A stretch of DNA of 64,000 nt, taken from NCBI GenBank assembly GCA_046302815.1, contig JBKCHO010000014.1:6530-70529 (forward strand). Reading direction: 5' to 3'. Made by a program: the position numbers and the translations under genes. Positions within the stretch are counted from its first letter, which is position 1. Each line of letters begins with the position of its first letter. Under the pieces are notes generated by a model. It did not search any database and was not told the DNA's origin. It worked only from the letters and a program-made list of their open reading frames with translations. The stretch comes from Bacteroidota bacterium. Its GTDB lineage: Bacteria; Bacteroidota; Bacteroidia; AKYH767-A; OLB10. Shown piece by piece: positions 59,055 to 64,000 of this stretch.

Positions 59055-62000
59055 ATGTCAAACGGCCTAATTTCAAAAAAAACCCTCCATCGATCCGGCA
59101 TACTCCTATCCATGTTCCTGATTGTTTACGCAACGGTAGCCCCAGTTGCATTCAGCCAGGCCACCTTCCCTGTCAATGGCATTCCCTATGAACCAAACCT
59201 TCGTTATGCGTTGACCAATGCAACGATTCATATAGACCATCAATCCAAATTAGACAGCGCTACCATTTTGTTTCGAGATGGGGTCATTGAAGAAGTGGGA
59301 AAGGGTTTGCAAATTCCAGCCGGTTCGATTGTACATGACTTGAAAGGCATGCATATTTATCCATCTTTCATCGACCCTTATTCGAACTATGGCATGCCCG
59401 CTCCCGACAAAGAAAAGTCGGAAGGTCGAAGGGGCCCGCAAATGAATTCCAACACAAAAGGAGCTTACTCCTGGAATCAGGCTTTGAAACCTGAAACGGA
59501 GGGCCACCGCCTATTTGCTACTAATGAAGACGCGGCAGAATCCTTAAGAAACGCAGGGTTCGGGATTGTTTTATCCCTACCTCAAGATGGAATCGCTCGA
59601 GGTAGCGGTTGTGTTGTGAGCCTGGGGTCCGGCAAGGAGAACGAATTGATGATTCGGGAAAAAGCAGCTACGGCATATTCATTCAAGAAGGGCTCATCCA
59701 AACAAGACTACCCTACTTCGGAAATGGGTGCCATTGCGCTTTTACGACAATCCTTCTTGGATGCACAATGGTATGCGGCTGGCGGTAACAAAGAAGAAAA
59801 GAATATCTCCATCCAAGGATGGATTGATAACAAGAGCCTTCCCATGTTCTTTGAATGCGACAACTACCTTCAATCATTGAGAGCAGACAAAATTGGCGAT
59901 GAATTCGGCGTCAGTTATGTGATTAAAGGGTCAGGTGATGAATACAAACGCATTGACGAAATCAAAAAAACCGGCAACACCTACATACTTCCATTGCGCT
60001 TCCCGGAGGCTTTCCAAGTTAATGACCCCTATGACTCGAGATATGTCACGCTTGAGGATTTGATACATTGGGAACAAGCACCATACAATGCGATTCAACT
60101 ACAAAAAGCAGGAATCAAAATTGCCTTTACCTCTCATGGCTTGAAAGACCCCGGTCAATTCATAAAACGACTACGACAGCTTAAGCAACTCGGCATGACC
60201 CCCGAAGCCATACTTAAAGCAACAATATATACCCCATCCGAACTGATTGGCTTGAATAATAGTCACGGCACTCTGCGCAAAGGATGGGCGGCAAATTTCA
60301 TTATCATTGATGGAGACCTCTTCGATGAAAAAAGCAACATTATTCAGAATTGGATAAAAGGCGCACCTTATCAGGTGAACAGTACAATGTCAACCAATAT
60401 TGGCGGGAATTATAAATTATCCGTCGGCAACAATGCCTTTGGCAGCCTGATGGTTTCTGGCAATGAATCCGAGGTGTCAGCCAAAGTTGTTGTTGGAACA
60501 GACACCACGAAGGCGCACATAGCTTATAAAAACGGCATCGTTACTTTAAACTTTGACTTAAGCAAAGGCGATCTAAAAGGCACCTACAACCTGACTGGCT
60601 ACAAAACCAAGAATGGTTTTGAAGGGAAGAATCTAGAGGGCAGTTCCTGGTCTATCGTATTTGAAGGGGACGACACCGTGCCCGCCAAGGCGGACTCATC
60701 GAACCAAGAGGCGATACCAAAAATCGGCAAGATTCGGTATCCCGCCATCGCCTATGGTTTCGAACAAATGCCCAAACAGGAAAACACCCTGATTAAAAAC
60801 GCCACCGTATGGACCAACGAGAAAGAAGGTGTTATTGAAAATACCGATGTGCTCATTCAAAATGGTAAAATTGCTGCTATTGGCAAAAACCTTCCTTCCG
60901 GAGATGCCAAAATCCTGGATGGATCTGGAATGCACCTCACCCCGGGTATCATCGACGAACACTCCCACATTGCTGTCAGTCAAAGCGTGAACGAATGTTC
61001 TCATTCCGTGACCTCTGAAGTAAGAATTGGCGATGTCATCGATCCAGATGATATCAATATTTACAGGCAACTTGCCGGAGGAGTAACCACATCCCAACTT
61101 TTGCATGGCTCTTGCAATCCTATCGGTGGACAATCCGGCATCATCAAGCTTCGCTGGGGCAAATCGGCTGAAGACATGAAATTTGAAGGGGCGCCTGGCT
61201 TCATCAAATTCGCATTGGGAGAAAATGTCAAACAATCGAACTGGGGAGATGACTTCAGGATCCGATATCCCCAAACAAGGATGGGGGTAGAGCAAGTGTA
61301 TGTTGATGCCTTTACAAGAGCCATTGAATATGACAAGAAACGAAAGGCCAGCATAGGAAAGAAAACCCCGGAATTGTTTCGTCGCGACTTACGGTTGGAA
61401 GCGCTAGCTGAAATAATGAATAAATCCAGACACATCACCTGCCACTCTTATCAGCAAGGGGAAATCACCATGCTGATGCGCGTTGCCGATTCTCTGGGAT
61501 TCAAAGTAAATACCTTCACGCATATACTCGAAGGATACAAGGTGGCCGACACAATGAAGTCACATGGAGTAGGCGCATCCAGCTTCAGCGATTGGTGGGC
61601 TTACAAATACGAAGTAATTGAGGCGATACCCCAAAACGGATCCATCCTTCATGATGTTGGTGTAACAGTAGCCTTCAACTCTGATGATGCGGAGATGGCC
61701 AGGAGACTTAACCAGGAAGCCGCCAAAGCCGTTCGATACGGCGGAGTAAGTGAGGAAGAAGCCCTCAAATTCGTAACATTGAATCCCGCCAAACTTCTTC
61801 GAATCGATAACCGAGTAGGCAGCATCAAAGTGGGCAAGGACGCCGACATCGTACTTTGGACCGACCATCCTCTTTCCGTTTATGCCAAGGCAGATAAAAC
61901 CTTCATTGACGGAATCTGCTATTACGATTCGCAAACAGACAAACAATCAAGAAATGCAGTAGAACAAGAACGGATGCGTATTATCAACAACATGCGTAAT

Positions 62001-62096
62001 GCATCCAAAAAAGGAGGCTCCGATTCGAGACCGGCTTCCTTTAAAAGCCAGAGGCTTTTCCATTGCATGGATGATGAAGATGACCACCAACATTAA
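59055..62096 (+). CDS. Secreted double-domain amidohydrolase family protein; start uncertain
   Basis: Two amidohydrolase folds. The C-terminal one has PGIIDEHSH, AGGVTT, TCHSY, FTHILE, FNSDD, TLNPAKLL and GKDADIV. Confidence 0.85.
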   Translation: MSNGLISKKTLHRSGILLSMFLIVYATVAPVAFSQATFPVNGIPYEPNLRYALTNATIHIDHQSKLDSATILFRDGVIEEVGKGLQIPAGSIVHDLKGMHIYPSFIDPYSNYGMPAPDKEKSEGRRGPQMNSNTKGAYSWNQALKPETEGHRLFATNEDAAESLRNAGFGIVLSLPQDGIARGSGCVVSLGSGKENELMIREKAATAYSFKKGSSKQDYPTSEMGAIALLRQSFLDAQWYAAGGNKEEKNISIQGWIDNKSLPMFFECDNYLQSLRADKIGDEFGVSYVIKGSGDEYKRIDEIKKTGNTYILPLRFPEAFQVNDPYDSRYVTLEDLIHWEQAPYNAIQLQKAGIKIAFTSHGLKDPGQFIKRLRQLKQLGMTPEAILKATIYTPSELIGLNNSHGTLRKGWAANFIIIDGDLFDEKSNIIQNWIKGAPYQVNSTMSTNIGGNYKLSVGNNAFGSLMVSGNESEVSAKVVVGTDTTKAHIAYKNGIVTLNFDLSKGDLKGTYNLTGYKTKNGFEGKNLEGSSWSIVFEGDDTVPAKADSSNQEAIPKIGKIRYPAIAYGFEQMPKQENTLIKNATVWTNEKEGVIENTDVLIQNGKIAAIGKNLPSGDAKILDGSGMHLTPGIIDEHSHIAVSQSVNECSHSVTSEVRIGDVIDPDDINIYRQLAGGVTTSQLLHGSCNPIGGQSGIIKLRWGKSAEDMKFEGAPGFIKFALGENVKQSNWGDDFRIRYPQTRMGVEQVYVDAFTRAIEYDKKRKASIGKKTPELFRRDLRLEALAEIMNKSRHITCHSYQQGEITMLMRVADSLGFKVNTFTHILEGYKVADTMKSHGVGASSFSDWWAYKYEVIEAIPQNGSILHDVGVTVAFNSDDAEMARRLNQEAAKAVRYGGVSEEEALKFVTLNPAKLLRIDNRVGSIKVGKDADIVLWTDHPLSVYAKADKTFIDGICYYDSQTDKQSRNAVEQERMRIINNMRNASKKGGSDSRPASFKSQRLFHCMDDEDDHQH

Positions 62097-62144
62097 TTGA
62101 TATTTCACCTGTTCATTAAAAACCGTTTTTTCAAAATAAGCTCC

Positions 62145-63455
62145 ATGAAAACCCCAATAGTTATAACGCTGCTTTTGACATGCTTTTTTTCACAAGCACA
62201 AAACCCAGTGCCAGCACAAAAACAAACCAAACGAATCCTATTGATGAATGGCCGTCTACATGTAGGCAACGGCACCGTTATAGAAAACAGTGCGGTTGGA
62301 TTTGCCGATGGAAAGATCAATCTGGTTGGAGATGCCACAACCATTCGAATAAATCGCAATGAATTCGACACCATCATTGATGTGTCTGGCAAAAATGTGT
62401 ATCCAGGACTTATCGCCTTGAACACCACTCTTGGTCTCAATGAAATCGAGTCTGTGAGGGCAACACACGATTACACCGAAACAGGCATCCTGAACCCATC
62501 CATAAGATCTATAATTGCATATAATACCGATTCCAAAGTAATACCTACGGTAAGAAGCAATGGTGTAATGATGGCCCAAGTAGTACCCAAGGCAGGATTT
62601 GTTTCTCCCAGCATAAGTGGCCAGTCGTCGGTTGTACAACTAGACGCCTGGAATTACGAGGATGCCATTTACAAGGCCGATAACGCGATTCATTTGCATT
62701 GGCCTTCCATGCGCATCAACCGTTCAGATGAGCCAGGGCAAGAGGAAAAGCAACGATCCGCTATAGACCGCAACATTCGCGAGATACATAAACTCTTTCA
62801 TGAAGCCAAAGCTTATGCAGCCATTCAATCGTATCCCGAGAAGAACATACATCTGGAATCGATGAGAGGCCTTTTTAGTCAGAGCAAGAAACTCTTTATC
62901 CATTGCAATGCAGCCAAAGAGATAATTGCCGCCACAGCGTTTTGCAAGGAATTCGGAATCGATTTGGTGCTAGTTGGAGCCCAAGAGGCGCATTTAGTGA
63001 CCGGACTTTTGAAAGAAAGGAACATTCCTGTAGTGGTAGTTGAAACGCATCGCCTACCATCTACTAGCGATGAGCAAATAGATATGCCATTCTCACTACC
63101 AAGCATCCTGCAAAAAGCCAATATCCCGTTTGCAATCGCTGTTCCTGAATTCTGGCAGGTCAGGAACCTCTCTTACCAAGCTGGAACAGCTGCCGCCTAC
63201 GGACTTACCAAGGAACAAGCGGTACAAGCCATTACCCTGTCTGCCGCTGAAATATTGGGAATTGCACAAACCGCAGGATCCATAGAATCCGGGAAAGATG
63301 CTACGCTAGTGGTTGTAAAAGGGGATATTTTGGATGTCCGAACCAGCGAAATTGAGAAAGCCTTCATACAAGGCAGAACCATTGATTTGGATAACATCCA
63401 ATCTCAATTGAATCGCAAGTACAGGTCTAAATACGGTCTGAAAGAAGACATGTAA
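62145..63455 (+). CDS. Secreted amidohydrolase-fold protein lacking HxH; start MKTPI
   Basis: IDVSGKNVYPGLIA, AITLSAAEILG and GSIESGKDATLV. Confidence 0.82.
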   Translation: MKTPIVITLLLTCFFSQAQNPVPAQKQTKRILLMNGRLHVGNGTVIENSAVGFADGKINLVGDATTIRINRNEFDTIIDVSGKNVYPGLIALNTTLGLNEIESVRATHDYTETGILNPSIRSIIAYNTDSKVIPTVRSNGVMMAQVVPKAGFVSPSISGQSSVVQLDAWNYEDAIYKADNAIHLHWPSMRINRSDEPGQEEKQRSAIDRNIREIHKLFHEAKAYAAIQSYPEKNIHLESMRGLFSQSKKLFIHCNAAKEIIAATAFCKEFGIDLVLVGAQEAHLVTGLLKERNIPVVVVETHRLPSTSDEQIDMPFSLPSILQKANIPFAIAVPEFWQVRNLSYQAGTAAAYGLTKEQAVQAITLSAAEILGIAQTAGSIESGKDATLVVVKGDILDVRTSEIEKAFIQGRTIDLDNIQSQLNRKYRSKYGLKEDM

Positions 63456-63506
63456 GGCTAGTTCCTTTAGCCCACTATGTGGAGCCAATTCATATCTTTG
63501 CCTGAG

Positions 63507-64000
63507 ATGCAGAGGATTGGCTTCTTTCGCTTTCTTTTAAAATCATGGTTTTGGGCCTTGCCGCTCTTCATGCTTTTCATGTTTCCCATCGTTTCCATTG
63601 GACAAGAATCATTGTTGATAGAACCTGTTCCTTTAGCGGAAGAGTCCATAGAACAGGAAGGCTCCTTTTTTAATCCTTCGGTACAAAAAGCAGTTCTAGA
63701 AAATCCCGGAAGATCCTCGCTGGAAAAATTACTGCAATCCGCCATCAAGTCGAATAATAAAACACAATTAGCCAACACGGCAATTCAATTGGCATGGATT
63801 GAATATGGAGAAGGGAGTAATGCAAAATCCCTGGAGATGTCGAACACCGCATTAAATGCCATCCTTGACGCAGGAAATGCTGCCAATACCGGTTTGTGCG
63901 AGCTGCTTGTGGCTTGGTTTCAAATAAAAATGAACCAATCGGACGAAGCCCTTAAAACAACACAAGCCATTATCTCCGGCGGCAGGGCCAATATCCCAAA
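63507..64000 (+). CDS. N-terminal fragment of a secreted or membrane helical (TPR-like) protein that runs off the window; missing from the ORF track
   Basis: Frame is open from ATG 63477/63507 to the end. TATCTTTG lies just upstream of 63507. A hydrophobic signal segment is followed by amphipathic helices. Confidence 0.55.
   Translation, partial: MQRIGFFRFLLKSWFWALPLFMLFMFPIVSIGQESLLIEPVPLAEESIEQEGSFFNPSVQKAVLENPGRSSLEKLLQSAIKSNNKTQLANTAIQLAWIEYGEGSNAKSLEMSNTALNAILDAGNAANTGLCELLVAWFQIKMNQSDEALKTTQAIISGGRANIP

Noticed and set aside
1-64000. CRISPR arrays, transposases, integrases, prophage structural genes and known defence systems
   Set aside because: No regularly spaced repeats or recognisable motifs were found by eye. 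Remote homologs among the small unknown ORFs cannot be excluded without HMM searches.

Overview
64-kb window of a Bacteroidota chromosome, judged from T9SS C-terminal sorting domains, TAnnTTTG promoters and Bacteroidota-type ileS-dksA-lspA and prs-rplY-pth gene order. Most of it is core or ordinary accessory content: ybeY, rmuC, ileS, lspA, prs, rplY, pth, glyS, hemW, sodA, hflX, kynurenine-pathway genes, six T9SS cargo proteins, a FIST-kinase-regulator module and tRNA-Leu(CAA). The standout is a 3.3-kb cassette at 7041-10354 that the ORF track does not explain. In order it holds a promoter, a SAM-I/IV-type riboswitch, three small AT-rich lysine-rich unknown ORFs (two are ~61% identical 70-aa paralogs), a second SAM-I/IV-type riboswitch with terminator, a MetK carrying a ~107-aa C-terminal extra domain, and a 131-aa ORF that appears to be a stand-alone relative of that domain. 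Both riboswitches were folded by hand and show covarying stems. All calls come from motif recognition without database searches.
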